A DNA stretch of 64,000 bases, taken from the human T2T-CHM13v2.0 reference genome, Homo sapiens. The stretch lies in assembly GCF_009914755.1 (NCBI RefSeq), contig NC_060929.1, one strand, 5' to 3'. Positions 26,693 to 43,129 of this stretch are shown here, one piece after another; position 1 is the stretch's first letter; every line of letters begins with the position of its first letter. The position numbers and the translations under genes are program-made. The notes beneath the pieces are model-generated. The model had not been told where the DNA came from. It saw nothing but the letters and a program-made list of their open reading frames with translations, and ran no database searches.

Positions 26693-26762
26693 CATGTATA
26701 CATATGTAACAAACCTGCACATTGTGCACATGTACCCGAGAACTTAAAGTATAATAAAAAAA
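26693..26762 (+). mobile_element. Extremely 5'-truncated L1PA (~70 bp)
   Basis: catgtatacatatgtaacaaacctgcacattgtgcacatgtacccgagaacttaaagtataataaaaaaa is the L1PA 3' terminus. 18-bp TSD with 2 mismatches at 26676-26693 and 26761-26778. Confidence 0.92.
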
Positions 26763-27223
26763 TGCATACAGTTGCATCTTCTATTTTTTAAAAAACTCTT
26801 TTATTATAAATCAGATACACATTTTTAACTTCAGGTAGGAACCAGAAAACACAATTTAGAATTACTAATCTGTGTGCTATAAATGCAGATGAAATATAGC
26901 AGTTTAAAGGGAATGATCGCCATGAAGTATTCTAAATTTTTTAAGCCCTGTCTCCAAGCCAGAACTCTAGAAATGAGAGAAATCAGCTCCTGAGTAAAAT
27001 ATCTTTACTAAGCTATAATTTAGCATCTGTATTTTTTAGGACATGCTATATTATGTCACATTACGGTAACACATTACTCCTCAAATTGTGGTGCCTTAAC
27101 ATAATAATGAAAAAAAAAAAACCTATTTCTAGCTCCAGTGCATGTTCAATAAGGATTTAAGGGTGTTTGGTATGCTATATATTTTCACTTAGAAGCTCAG
27201 GTTGAGTAAGGATCTATCTGAGC

Positions 27224-27300
27224 TGTACTATCTGAGACATTACAGATATAGTATCTGATGTACATTACAGATGTACTATCTGAAACATTACAGATGTAGT
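27224..27300. repeat. Three degenerate ~23-25-bp tandem units (tactatctga..acattacagat)
   Basis: Direct reading of the sequence. Confidence 0.8.
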
Positions 27301-27486
27301 AGCAGAAAAAGTGAATCTGAAGAGTGACCCATTTCACTTCTGTCACATTTCCTTGGCCAGAATTAGTAATACCTTACTTCAAAAGGACTGGAAAATGTTA
27401 TGTGGAGGATGCGAATAGAGTATTTGATGAATACTATCTCTGTGACAGTGCCATTTCCCTAAATTTTGTAAAACAAATATGACAAT

Positions 27487-27760
27487 TGTATTGGTTTCTT
27501 ATTGCTGCTTTAGCAAATGACCACAAACTAGTGACTTTAAAAAAATAAATAAATAAATTTATTACCTTACAGTTCTGACGGTCAGAAATCCAAATGTGTC
27601 TCACTGTACTAAAATCAAGGTGTCACCATTACTTGGCTCCTAGACCTCTTCTATCTTCAAAGGCAGAAATGTTTTTTGCCATTTAACATAACATATTCAT
27701 TGGTTCTGGGAATTAAGGCACAGACACATTTGGGGGGCCATTTTTTTTTTGCCAACTACA
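27487..27760 (-). mobile_element. Internally deleted MLT1 LTR
   Basis: tgtattggtttcttattgctgc...ttacagttctgacggtcagaaatccaa...ttggggggccatt...ccaactaca. Confidence 0.7.
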
Positions 27761-28419
27761 ATATTGTATGAAAAACCTTTGTACAGCTTCTGCATACCTA
27801 TTAAGGATAATGCTTATTATGTTTTGCAATTGCTTTCCTATAAAATTCACATTTAAAAAACTGTAAGAACTGATAAGCTTCCTTTCGTCAGTTCATGGGA
27901 AAGAAGTAACACAATCTGTTTTCCTTTTGTCTTAGAGACAAGGAAGAAGAAAAACAAATTCAATAATGCAATAGGCGATTCAGTATCAGCTTCTGGAACA
28001 AGTAAATCCTGTTTCCCTAGGTCATCCAATTTCTTTCACCATTTAAAAAAAAAAAGTTCCCTGCTATTTCCAATGCTGTTAGAAACAAAAGGTATTGTAA
28101 AATATTCATAAAAAAATAGAATATTAATATTGGCACTATGGAATCAGACAAAATCATAGAATACTGGATGCAAAGTGAAAGGAAAAATAAATATTGAACA
28201 TTATTCTGCAGAATAAACTTGATCTTTTATTTACAACAAAGAGAAAGGCACATATGTAGTTGAAGGAGAGAATAGTCAGAGGAATAAAATAGTGTTCCCT
28301 CCCTCAAGGAGCATAATATTTATCTCAGGTGACAAAAACATATAATAAAGGCATAACTAGCTACATCTAGCAGGAAATAAGCAGAAAAGTGTCCTATAAA
28401 TAAATGCTATAAGAGTTGA

Positions 28420-31400
28420 GTAGCTGGCAAATATTTTCTCCCATTTGTGGGTTGTCTCTTCACTTTGTTGATTGTATCTTTTGCTGTGCAAAAGCTTTTT
28501 AACTTGATGTGATCCCATTTGTACATGTTTGCTTTGGTTGCCTGTGCTGGTGGGGTATTGCTCGAGAAATCTTTGCCCATACCAGTGTCTTGGAGATTTT
28601 TCCCAATGCTTTCCTATAGTAGTTTCATAGTTTGAGGTCTTAGATTTAAGTCTTTAATCCATCTTGATTTGATTTTTGTGTATGGTGAAAGGTACGGATC
28701 TAGTTTTATTCTTCTGTATATGGATATCCAGTATTCCCAGTACTGTTTATTGAACAGACTGTCTTTTCCCCAGCTTATGTTCTTGTCACCTTTGTTAAAA
28801 ATGAGTTTGCTGCAGATGTATGAATTTGTTTCTGGGTTCTCTAGTCTGTTCCATCGGTCTATGTGTCTGTTTTTATTCCAGTATGATGCTGTTTTGGTTA
28901 CTACAGCTCTGTAGTGTAATTTGATGTCAGGTAATGTGATTCCTCCAGTTTTGTTCTTTTTTCAAGTTTGTCAATTTTGTTTAACTGTTAAAAAAAAAAA
29001 CTTTTTGTTTCATTCACCTGTTGCATTTTTTAATTTCAATTTCACTTATTTCTGCTCCGATCTTTATTATTTCTTTTCTTCTACTAAATTTGGATTTGGT
29101 TTGCTCTTGTTTTTCTAGTTCTTTAAGATGCATCATTGGATTGTTCATTTGAAGGTTTTTCACCTTTTTGATGTAGGCACTTATAGCTATAAACTTCCCA
29201 CTTATGCTGTATCCCATAGGTTTGAGTATGTAGTGTTTCTATTATTATTTGTTTCAAGAAATTTTTCAATTTTCTTCTTAATTTCTTCAGTGACCCCACT
29301 GGTCATTCAGAAGCATATTGATTAATTTCCATTTATTTGTATAGTTTCCAAAATTCCTCTTAGTATTCATTTTCAATTTTATTTTATTGTGATCAGGGAA
29401 GACGCTTGATATTATTTCAATTTTTCTGAATGTTTTAAAACTTGTTTTGTAACCTAACATATGATCTATACTTGAGAAAGATCCATATACTGAATAAAAG
29501 AATGTGTATTCAGCAGCTCTTGGATGAAATGTTGTGTAAATATCTGTTAGATCCATATGGTCTATAGTGCAGATTAAGTCTGACATTTCTTTCTTGATAT
29601 TCTGTTTGGAGGATCTGTCCAATGCTGAATGTAGGGTGTTGAAGTCTCCAGCTATTATGGTATCAGGGTCTATCTCTCTCCATAGCTCTAATAATACTTG
29701 CTTTATATATCTGGGTGCTCCAATTTTTGGTACATATATATTTAAAATTGTTGTATCTTCTTTCTGAATTGATCACTTTATTGTTATATAGTGACCTTCT
29801 TTGTCTCTTCTTAGAGCTTTTGTCTTGAAATCTGTTTTGTCTAGGTATAATGACTCCTACTCTTTTTCAGTTTCCATTGGCATGGGATATGTCTTACCAT
29901 CCTTTTATTTTCAGTCTATGTGTTTCTTTATAGATGAAGTGTGTTTCTTGTAGACAACAGATCTACGAGTCTTGTTTTTTTATACAATCAGCCAGGGTAT
30001 GTTTTTTGACTGGAGAGTTTAGTCCATTTAGATTCAATGTTATTATTGATAAGTAAGGACTTACTTCTGCCATTTTGTTATTTGTTTTTCCAGTTGTTTT
30101 ATGGTTTTACCCTTCTTCTTTCTTTCCTTCCTGTCTTCCTCTAGATAAGGTGATTTTTCTCTGGTGGTATGATTTAGTTTCTTGCTTTTTGTTTGTTGTA
30201 TATCCATTGTATTTTTATTTTTTATATATCCACTCTGTTTTTTGGTTTGAAGTTACCATGAGGCTTGCAAATATTATTTTATAACCCATTATTTTAACCT
30301 GATAACAACTTACACAATTTGTATCAAAAAACAAGCAAAAGGAAAACTAATGAAAAATCTTTGCTTACCTTCATCCCTCCACTTTTTAACTTTTTGTTGT
30401 TTCCATTTATTTCTTACTGTACTGTTTTTAAAAAGCTGTTGTAGTTATTATTTTTGATTTATTCATCATTTAGTCTTTCTACTTAGAATAAGAGTAGTTG
30501 ATGCATCACAATTACAGTGTTATAATAGTCTTTGTTTTTCTGTGTACTTTCTATTACCAGTGAGTTTTGTACCTTCAGGTGATTACTTACTGCGCATTAA
30601 TGTCCTTTGCTTTTCCACTGAAATACTTACTCCCTTTAGCATTGCTTGTAGGACAGGCCTGGCATTGATGAAATCCCTTAGCTTTGGTTTGTCTGGAAAA
30701 GTCTTTATTTCTTTCTCATGTATAAAGGATATTTTAATCAGATATGCTATTCCTTCAGTACTTTAAATATGCCATGCCATTCTGTAAGGTTTCCACTTAA
30801 AAAGTCTGCAGCCAGACTTTGGAGCTCCATTGTATGCTATTTGTTTCTACTTTTAGGATTTTTTTTTTTTGAGTTTGTAGGTGTGTTATTTTGAGTTTGC
30901 TGAGCCCCCAAGGAAACTTTTTTCTTTCGCCAGGGAAGATGTTGAGTTTGTATTCTTGCCATTGTGAAATGACTTGTGAAATGACTTTGTGCAAGGGGTT
31001 TTTTTCCTTCTTCTTTTTTTTTTTTTTTTTTTTTTTTGGAGACAAAGTCTTGCTCTGTCACCCAAGCTGGAGTGCAGTGATGCGATCTTAGCTCACTGCA
31101 GCCTCAGCCTCCCGGGTTTAAGCAATCCTGTTGCCTTAGTCTCCTGAGTAGCTGGGGTTAAGGTGCCTGCCACCACACCCAGCTAATTTTTGTGTTTTTA
31201 GTAGAGATAGGGTTTCACCATGTTGGCCAGGCTGGTCTCGAACTTCTGACCTCAGGTGATCTCCCCCCTCAGCCTCCCAAAGTGCTAGGATGACCGGCAT
31301 GAGCCACCATGCCTGGCCTAGGATCCTTTTTTTATCCTTGACCTTTGGGAGTTTCTTTCTCTAGGTTTGGGAAGTTTTCTGTAATTATCCCTTTGAGGGA

Positions 31401-33810
31401 AACTTCTACCCCTATCTCTCTTTCTACTACCTTTTTAAGGCCAATAACTCTTAGATTTGCCCCTTTGAGGCTATTTTGCAGATCCGGTAGGTGGGCTTCA
31501 TTGTTTTTTCTTTTTTTACTCTTTTGTCTTTTCTAACTGTATATTTTCCAGTAGCCTGTTTTCAAGCTCAATATTTCTTTCTTCTTGTTGATTGATTCTG
31601 CTATTAAAGGACTCTGATACGTTAATTGGTATGCCAATTGCATTTTTCAGCGAGAGAATTTCTGCTTCGTTCTTTTTAATTATTTCAATCTTTTTGTTAA
31701 ATACATCTGATAGAATTCTGAATTTCTTCTCTGGTTTCTTGAATTTCTTTGAGTTTGCTCAACAGAGCTATTTTGAATTCTCTGTCTGAAAATTTGCACA
31801 TCTCTGTTTCTCTAGAATTGGTTCATTTTTTCAGTTCATGTTTTCCTGGATGGTGTTGATGCTAGTAGATGTTCTTCAATGTCTGGACATTGAAGTGTTA
31901 GAGATTCTAGTCTTCACTGTCTGGTCTTTTTTGCATCCGTCTTTCTTGGGAAGGCTTTCAAGATATTTGGAAAGTCTTGGGTGTTGTGATCTAAACTGTA
32001 TCTACTTTAGAGGGCACTCCAACCCCAGTTAACACTGTGGTTCTTGTTAACTCGTAAGTATACTGGCTTGATGGTCTTTACTAGATCTGGGAGAATTTTC
32101 TGGATTACCAGGAAGAGCCTCTTGTTCTCTTCTCTTACTTTCTCCCAAACATAACAGAGTCTCTCTCTCTCTGTTCTGAGCAACCTAAAGCTAGTGGCAG
32201 AGTGACACAAGGACCCTTGTGGCTACCACTGCTAAGACTGAACTGGGTCAGACCTGCAGCCAGCACAGCACTGAGTCTCATTCAAGGTCTGTTGTAACCA
32301 CTCCCTGGCTACTGCCTATTTTTGTTCAAGGGTCTGGGGTACTGCAATCACCAGATGGCAAAGTCAGCCAGGCCTGCATTCTACCCTTCAGGGCAGTGAG
32401 GTCCCTCAGGCCCTGGGTGAGTTCAGAAGTGCCATCCAGGATTCAGGGACTAGAGTCAAATTGTGTTTCAGCTGAGCTGGCCCTGAAACTGCAGGACACA
32501 GTCTTTACCATTCTTCCCTCCTTTTTCCAAAGGCAAAGGAGCCTCACTCTGTAGACACCACTATCCCAGGCCATGAGGAATATTGACAGACTACCACTAA
32601 TGTTCCCTTAAGGCCCAAGGTCTCTTAAGTCAGCTTGTCATGAATGCTGCCTGGCCTGGGACTCAAGCTGCAGGGTAGTCGACTCCCATCTGACCCAGGG
32701 TAGTTCCAGAAATGCTGTCCAAGAGTCAAGTTTTGGAACTGGGGACCCCAAAAGCCTGCTTGGTGATTCGCCCCCTGTGGCAGTGCTGGTACCTAAGGTG
32801 CAAGACAAAGTCCCCTTTACTTTTCCCTCTGCTTTTCTGAAGCAGAGTGAGTTTTGCCCTGTAGCCACCACAGCTAGTAATGTGCTGAGTCTTTTCTGAA
32901 GCCAGCAAATCTCACAGTCTCAACCAAGGCCCTCAGTGTAGTACCTGGGTATTGGTGCTGGTTATTCAGGCCCAAGGGGTCTTCAGTTAACAGGTGATGA
33001 ATGCTGTCAGGACTGGATTCTTTCCTTCAAGATAGTGGGCTCCTTACTGGCCCAGTGTGTCTAGAAATGTTGCCTAGGTCCTTGGGCCTGGAATGGGAAG
33101 GCCTCAAAATTCTGACTGGTGCTCTATCCTCCTGTAGCTGAGTTGTTATCCTAGATGCAAGACAAAATCCTCCCCACTCTTCCCTCTCCTCTCCTCAAGT
33201 GGCAAGAATGAGTCTCTTTGGAACCTGGAGCTGTGCAGCCTGGGATTGGTGGAGGGGTGATGCCAGCACTTCCTTGTCTGCCCCAGCTGGTGTCTCAATA
33301 TGTCCTGTGCCCACTCAGTCCACTGTCTTTGGGCTTAGTTCAGCCCTAGGACGGGCCTAACAGTTGCAGTTCTTATGGCCTAGACTGCCTTTAAAGTTTA
33401 CTTTGGGACACAGAATGCTGTAGGCCTTGCAGGCAATCAAGTTTGGACAGGTGGGATTGATGATTCCCCTCTGGCTAGTGCTGGTTTAAATGACCCTTCC
33501 CTGGGTGAGTGTCAGATGAGTTTGGTCTAGTTTCTTGTGTTCTCCCTCCCCCAGCACTGAGATGCTCTCTGCATAATGTGGCCACTGCCCGAGGTTGGGG
33601 AGGGGTGGTGTCCAGGATTCAGGATTGTTTTTTCTATCTGTTCAGTGACTCTTTTGGTGAATGTGAAGTTAAAACAAGGTACTATGAGTGCTGACCTGAT
33701 TTTTGGTTCTTATCAGCATGTTTTCTTCTGTGTAGATAGTTAACTTGGTGTACTTGCAGGAGGAACAATTGGTGGAGTTTTCTGTTTCCTCATCTTGATA
33801 TTCCTCCCCT
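28420..33810 (-). mobile_element. Old L1 (L1MA/L1M-type) with 5' UTR, ORF1 and the ORF2 endonuclease region, a large internal ORF2 deletion at ~28963, and no 3' end
   Basis: Minus-strand ORF2 remnants (EYTFFYSVYGSFSSIDHMLG; SGKFIAISAYIKK). GC-richer 5' UTR at ~32200-33810. Contains the Alu composite insertion at 30854-31333. Confidence 0.85.
31014..31318 (-). mobile_element. AluS, part of a composite insertion (see findings)
   Basis: Complete dimer; poly-T at 31014-31037. Confidence 0.93.
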
Positions 33811-34043
33811 GATAATTCAATTTTCAAGAGCATTTCGGAAATAGTTTATAACATTGAAGAGATGCATATCTTATTACACAGCAACTCTTATATGAATATA
33901 CGTATGCATGTAGTATGTATGTATTTGTGCATGGATGTATGACTGGATGTGTTTTCTCTCAAAGCATTCACTCATGAATTTCAAGAGTTGTAGGAGAAAA
34001 TTCATAACAGAATTGTTTGTTACAGCAAGATATTTTTAAAAAT

Positions 34044-34344
<301 letters not shown>

Positions 34345-35991
34345 TTAAATGTGCATCAACAGAAAATACATAAGTAATTTTAAATTTATAAAGTGGAAAT
34401 ACAACAATCAAAATTAATAAACTAGAGCTACACATATCAAAATGGATGTATGTCAAAGAAATGTTTACTGACAAATTCCAAAACATGATTCATCTGATAT
34501 CACTTATGTAATATTTAAGAACGTGCAACATTTCATCTGTTACCTAAAGATACAAACATATATGGTAAAAGTTTAAAGTAATAGACAATATACTCAACAA
34601 ATTCAGAACAGTGAGTATCTCTGAGCTAAGAGGAATGGGTATCAGTAAAATGTAATTTCTTTAAGTGGTGAACAAATGGTTACTTATTTTATATATAAAG
34701 ATTAATATTTTTAAAAAATTTTATATGTCTCAAATTCTGAGAAATAAAACAATTTGCTTATTGTCCTGACTATATATGGATACTCTAAGATGTCAACTTG
34801 ATTGAAATCTAGATGTTAATATCAGTAGTTCCTTATCTTTTTAAATACAAAAACTAATATCATCAACTTTGTTGACAACTTTCATTGGGAAAATTTATCA
34901 TTATTAAGAACCTGCTGTTAATTCAACATTTTAAAATATTTTTATTTTATTAATTAAAATAGTATCCACATGAGTTTTTTATGCTTCAATATTAGGGGAT
35001 CTAAATTTAAAAGTCAAATGAAAATGCTTAGTGAGTACATGGATTTCTCAAACCTCAGGGAACATCTGTGCCTCACATCTCAGTTCATCAGGGGTCTCCC
35101 AGCTGCCAGGTTGTCGACCACTCATCTACATCATGCTTCATTAGCCTAGATAGCTAACAAAGGATATGAATCTATACTTAATCGGCAACATAGGCAGAAC
35201 AGGAATATTTCTGAAGGTATGTCTTCAAAATCACTGTGCATCAATATTTACTTGAAACTTGTTTGAAAGAATTGTGTATCTGGCATGCTTGCCAGATATG
35301 GATTCATTTATTCCTTTAAAGACTTTAAAGTGCATTAGGCCAGACCATCAGAAACTGTGGACCCGAAGACATTGCTTTCACATGATATAGAATTGGTTTT
35401 ATCGAACTACTCTCTAGAGGTACGTTATCAGTACACATTGGGGAATGAAACTCCTATTTATTATAAGACCATTGCTGCTGAAGTGTTTCTTTAAATTGCA
35501 TGGTTTCTAGCTTGGTGACGTTGATGTGTGCATCATTACTTATTTGTACAAATGAAAGAAATGAGAGTATTTATATAATATGATTGATGTTAAAATTAAT
35601 TGTGCTAATTCATATGAAATGCATAAAACAATTTTTAACAGTCAGCAAGCACTCAGTATTATTATTAATATTATTTTCTTTAATAATAAATGGGAATTTC
35701 TTTTCTCAAGTCTAAGTATCAGAAATAGTTGTGCATTTTCACATATAGTAGTTGTTCTATAATCACCTGATTAACTATAATACTTTTGCACTAGCTTCTA
35801 TCTAGAAAGGATATATGATGTCAAAGATAAAATCATTTGAATTTCTTCCTTTTATTACTTCTTGTTGAAGTTTGGAATTTTGATAACAAATTATTTTCTA
35901 GTAAGATGATGTTATAAATTGAGTAAATAAACAAATATTTTTTCCTACTACTCCAAGGGCTACTCTATTACAAGTAAACACTTCCTTTTGA

Positions 35992-36570
<579 letters not shown>

Positions 36571-37827
36571 TAGTTTAATTGTCACTAGGGAACTTCAAGT
36601 GACAGTTTAGGACAATGAGTTTAAGTATGTAAACAAAGCCACTGGATGGGACTTTTAACATGTGACTTTTTTCATGCTTGTCTTTGCTCTTCTCCTTTCT
36701 CCCTTTCTTTATGCCTATAATAAGGAGAAAAAGCCTGGAGCATCCATGACTATGACAAGGGAAGTCAAATGTTGAGGATGGCAGAGGAGAAAGACAGAAA
36801 AAAACTGGGTCCTTATTTTTTTGAGCCTCTGAACCAACTCCAAACTCTCTACTCAAGACTTTCTGCTTTGTGAGAAAAGTCAGCCCCTAATTGGTGCCAT
36901 TTTGTCGTCATCACCATTCTCTGTCTGACCTTTTCATTTTAGGATCATATACATCCTATGTTCTCTTTAATCAAATTTCATTTACAGAAAGCGGGCTCCT
37001 GGCTTTGCTCCCAGCTGGACCAGATGTTTTCAGTTAGTTCATAGAATCACCAGTATGTAATTAGTAGTTGTCCTAAAGAAAATAGCCACTGTTCCCAAAT
37101 TCTTGTTTGAGACTGATACCCCAAAGACATTCATATGCCTAAACAGGTGTTAAATGTTTTAGGAATCCTTCACTACACTATTGCCTTGGTTTTCTCATGG
37201 GCTCTTTTCCAATAAGAAATTAGTTTTAATTTCTAAACTAGGATTTTAAAAATATATCTCTCTCTTTACTCACACTTCTGAAACAAAAAGCAATGATTCT
37301 TCTCATAGTCACTGCTCCAATGTACATTATCTGTGCTTTATACTAGGAGAGACACACTTTTCATGTGTATAAAAGAGGTATTTATATGTTTATGGGGGCA
37401 GGGAGGAAGGTAATTTTTTAGATCTGTTGTACACTATCTGGGATCTTCATAGACAGTAATGGAGATACCAAAGCTATGTACAATATGCCAGAAAGACTAA
37501 TAAAAACAGCATATTTGGCCCCAACGAAACTATGTAAGATTTTCTTTAATAAATGCAGTCTAGTTTTTGAACAAAAAATCTTTCCAAATTACAGACCACA
37601 TGAGAAAAAAGAAAATAAAATCAACATTATTGGTTAGTTAGCACTTGAATATTCTAGGAAGAAGACTATTGAAAGCTCTGCTCATGTAAGCAGTTACTAA
37701 ACTCAGTCTGTCTCATCAAAGATACTGCTAGTTCATAAATTACATTTCTAGATGGTCTTGAGATGGATTTTTATTACAATGTAGGAAAACATTATATATT
37801 TCTTCTAAGAGTGAAAATCTTGTTTAA

Positions 37828-38334
<507 letters not shown>

Positions 38335-39040
38335 CTGTTGTATCATTTCTTTATGAATGCTGAATTGTTTAGCTACTGAGAAAGTATATTAGTTTTCTTA
38401 CTTTCATGTTTAACCTTATGATAAATTGCATCAGTGGAATTAACAGTGTCTGTTCCTTTTAATCTGAAAGAGCTTAAACACAAAAATTATCTAGTGCAGT
38501 GATTCTGTGGCAATGGACGAAATCTTTTCTCTTTACTACAGCGAATTTATCTCCCTGTGTTTTGGACTCCACCTTATCCCCTCTGTCTTCTGAGAAATCT
38601 AGCTCTATTAAGTTATATTTTTTCTCATAAACAACAACCTCCTATTTGCTCCCTGACACCAACCTCTGAACATGCTCAAGCTCATCACAACAGTAATAGC
38701 AACAGCCCTCATATCTACCACCCTTTACAAACATCAGTACTCCAGCCAGTTAGTCTTATATTTTCTGTTGACAGCCATATTTATAGAAGTTGTTTACACT
38801 TGATATCTCCAATTGCTCTTCTCAAATGCATTCCTTGATCCACTGATCCACTGCCATTTGGCTTCTGCAACTACAATTCCTCGAAAATTGCTTTTATCCT
38901 GTTTTTACAACAACCATTTTGTTCATAAATCTAGTAGATCACTTACTTCCCCCTGATGCTCAGCAACATGTGACAATTTTGACTACTCTCACTTTCTTCA
39001 TATACTGTTTTGCCTTGGCTTTTAGTGTATCCATTTTAAT

Positions 39041-39158
39041 CCTTCCTTCCTTCCTTCCTTTTTCTTTCTCTTTTTCTTTCTTTTTCTTTCTTTCTTTCTT
39101 TCTTTCTTTCTCTTTCTTTCTCTCTCTCTCTCTCTCTCTCTGTCTTTCTTTCTTTCTT
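39041..39158. repeat. (CCTT)n/(CTTT)n/(CT)n polypyrimidine microsatellite inside L2 remnants (~38540-39790)
   Basis: Direct reading of the sequence. Confidence 0.9.
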
Positions 39159-39292
39159 CACGTTCTTACTTCTTCCCTCTGACCATTTGTTATACGCTAT
39201 GCTCCTCAAAATCACTTTATACTAGGCCCTTTTCTCTTCTTAGGCAAATGTATCTTTTTCCATGTCTCAAATTATCATTTTTATACATATGA

Positions 39293-39631
<339 letters not shown>

Positions 39632-41444
39632 TCATATATGTATTTTTAACTGCCAAATGCTACTTGGCTGCTCATTGCTACCACAAACTTAGTATGTGCA
39701 AAACTGAACTCATCTTCTTTAAATCTTCTGTTCCTCCTGTGTTCCCCATATTTAATACTTGGTAACATTCTCTATGAAAACATACAATCCAGCTACCAGA
39801 GTATCAGACTTAATTCCTCTCTTTTTCTCTTTTTCTATCCTCTTCCCTCTTATCTTCTCTTTCTCTCTCTCATATCATCCATATTCTACCCCTAATCCCA
39901 CTGTTGCTAGTATAGTCCTGGGCACTACAATACTAACTCCTGCAAATTTCTTTTTCCTAAAAAAGAATCCTATCTTATTTCTGTCTCTCGAAAACTGCCA
40001 GGTGACCTAAAGGAAGCTGACTCTATCTTTACCTCTAGAGATAAGATCTAATTAAATCATCCAGTTATAGCAATCATGTCCCCCTTGGCAATTATTAATT
40101 TAGAAGCACAAATTTAAGTCAATCTGGTTATTACATCCATAATTATTATTGTTATGGAGTGGGCAGGTAACCAAAATTTGTCCAACCAGACTGAGGCAAA
40201 AACAAATTTCGTTTTCAGAGTTAGGAAGAAAATTATTTATCTCCCACTGTAAGCAACGCAGCATGTTGCTTCTGTTGCAAATAGATGTTTTATTATTCTC
40301 TTAAGCTTCTTTATAATTTTTATTATATAGATCATATTTACATACATTTGTACTAGAATGCCTATAAATGATATTTAGAGGTTTATTAGATGTTACATAT
40401 GTTTATATATATGATCTGCAATTTGACATTTTTTCTCAAAATTTTATTTAAAGATTTATTCATTTTAATAGCTACACTTCAGTATCATTCATTTTCATAT
40501 TGGTATTGTTTCCATTGCAAAAAATAGAAACAATGTATTTATGTATTATCTTATTTATTATTATGTGTATTGTTTCCCTTACTTGCCAATACAAACCAAA
40601 TGCTTTTATAAACATTTCTGAACATGTCTCTTCTTGGACTTAACGTGAGAATTTTCCAAGACATAAATTCCCATGAATGGAATTGCTGAATTATGAGAAA
40701 GACTCTTTCAACTTAGAAGATAAAACTGAATGGCTGTTCAAAATGCCTGCTTCATTTTACACTTCCACTAGAAGTCTAAGAGAAGTCTTGTTCTGCCAAA
40801 TTCTAAATGATAAATTTTGTCATGCCATTTTACTTTTTGTCATTTTAATGAATATGAAATCATATCTTTGTGGTATATTTAGATTTGCATATCTTCATAA
40901 TTGCTAATTAGCTTGAACATCTTTTCATATTATTCTTAGACAATTATGTTTCTTTTCCTATAAAATGCCCCCCCTTTTTTTCTTTTGGGGTTTGTCTTTT
41001 GCTTAGTAAACTTAAAAGTTTTATTATTTTATTTATATTAATATATTTGGTATTGCCCTAGACTCAGGGAAGGAGTACCATTGTCTCCATATTCGTGCTT
41101 TATAAGGCCCAACTTACTCTAGCTATACTCCAGCTTCACCCTTTACCACTGGATGAGGAGCCCATTAGGCCAGGAGGCTACACCAACACCTCCAGGAACT
41201 CAGAGTTTTCTGACCAAGCAGCTCCAAGCCTGCTTCTTTAACCCACACTGGCCTTTTCCTCTTCCCTAGATTCATCGGCTGGAGGTTATGCCACATCTCT
41301 AGTGTGCACACTCTTAATCCCACGGGGTGGCCAAGGGACAACCTAGAGAAGGTGGGGGCTACACAAGAGACAGTTGACATGAGGACTGATGTGCCCATAA
41401 CTACACACAGTGCAGAAAACACTTAAGCCAACATTTTACTTTAA

Positions 41445-42741
<1,297 letters not shown>

Positions 42742-43129
42742 AAAAAAAGTAGAAAATTCGGAATACATAAAGAACAACATCAAGGTAGTAAAAATTATTA
42801 AAAATATATCAATAATTATGTTGAAAGTATTTGGGTTAAATTTGTACAATACAGACATTAATTACATGGTATAGACAAATATATTTAGAATATTAAGACA
42901 GAAAATATTGAAATTAAAATATGGAAAAAGTTATAGCAGGCAAATATTTAAAAAAGCTCTATTAATTATAAAATATTGCAAGACAAAAGATAATTGAAAG
43001 CAAAGAATACTATATGTGATGTAAAAATGTAAGGTTTTATAATTTTTTCCTCCACTATTATTATTGTTGTATTACTGCTACTAATGACAGCACTGCAATT
43101 ACTGTAACTATTACTACTACTCTTCAATC

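Noticed and set aside
41055-41425. GC-richer island with an 85-aa minus-strand ORF between L1 pieces
   Set aside because: No recognisable protein similarity or convincing exon structure; most likely an old repeat remnant.
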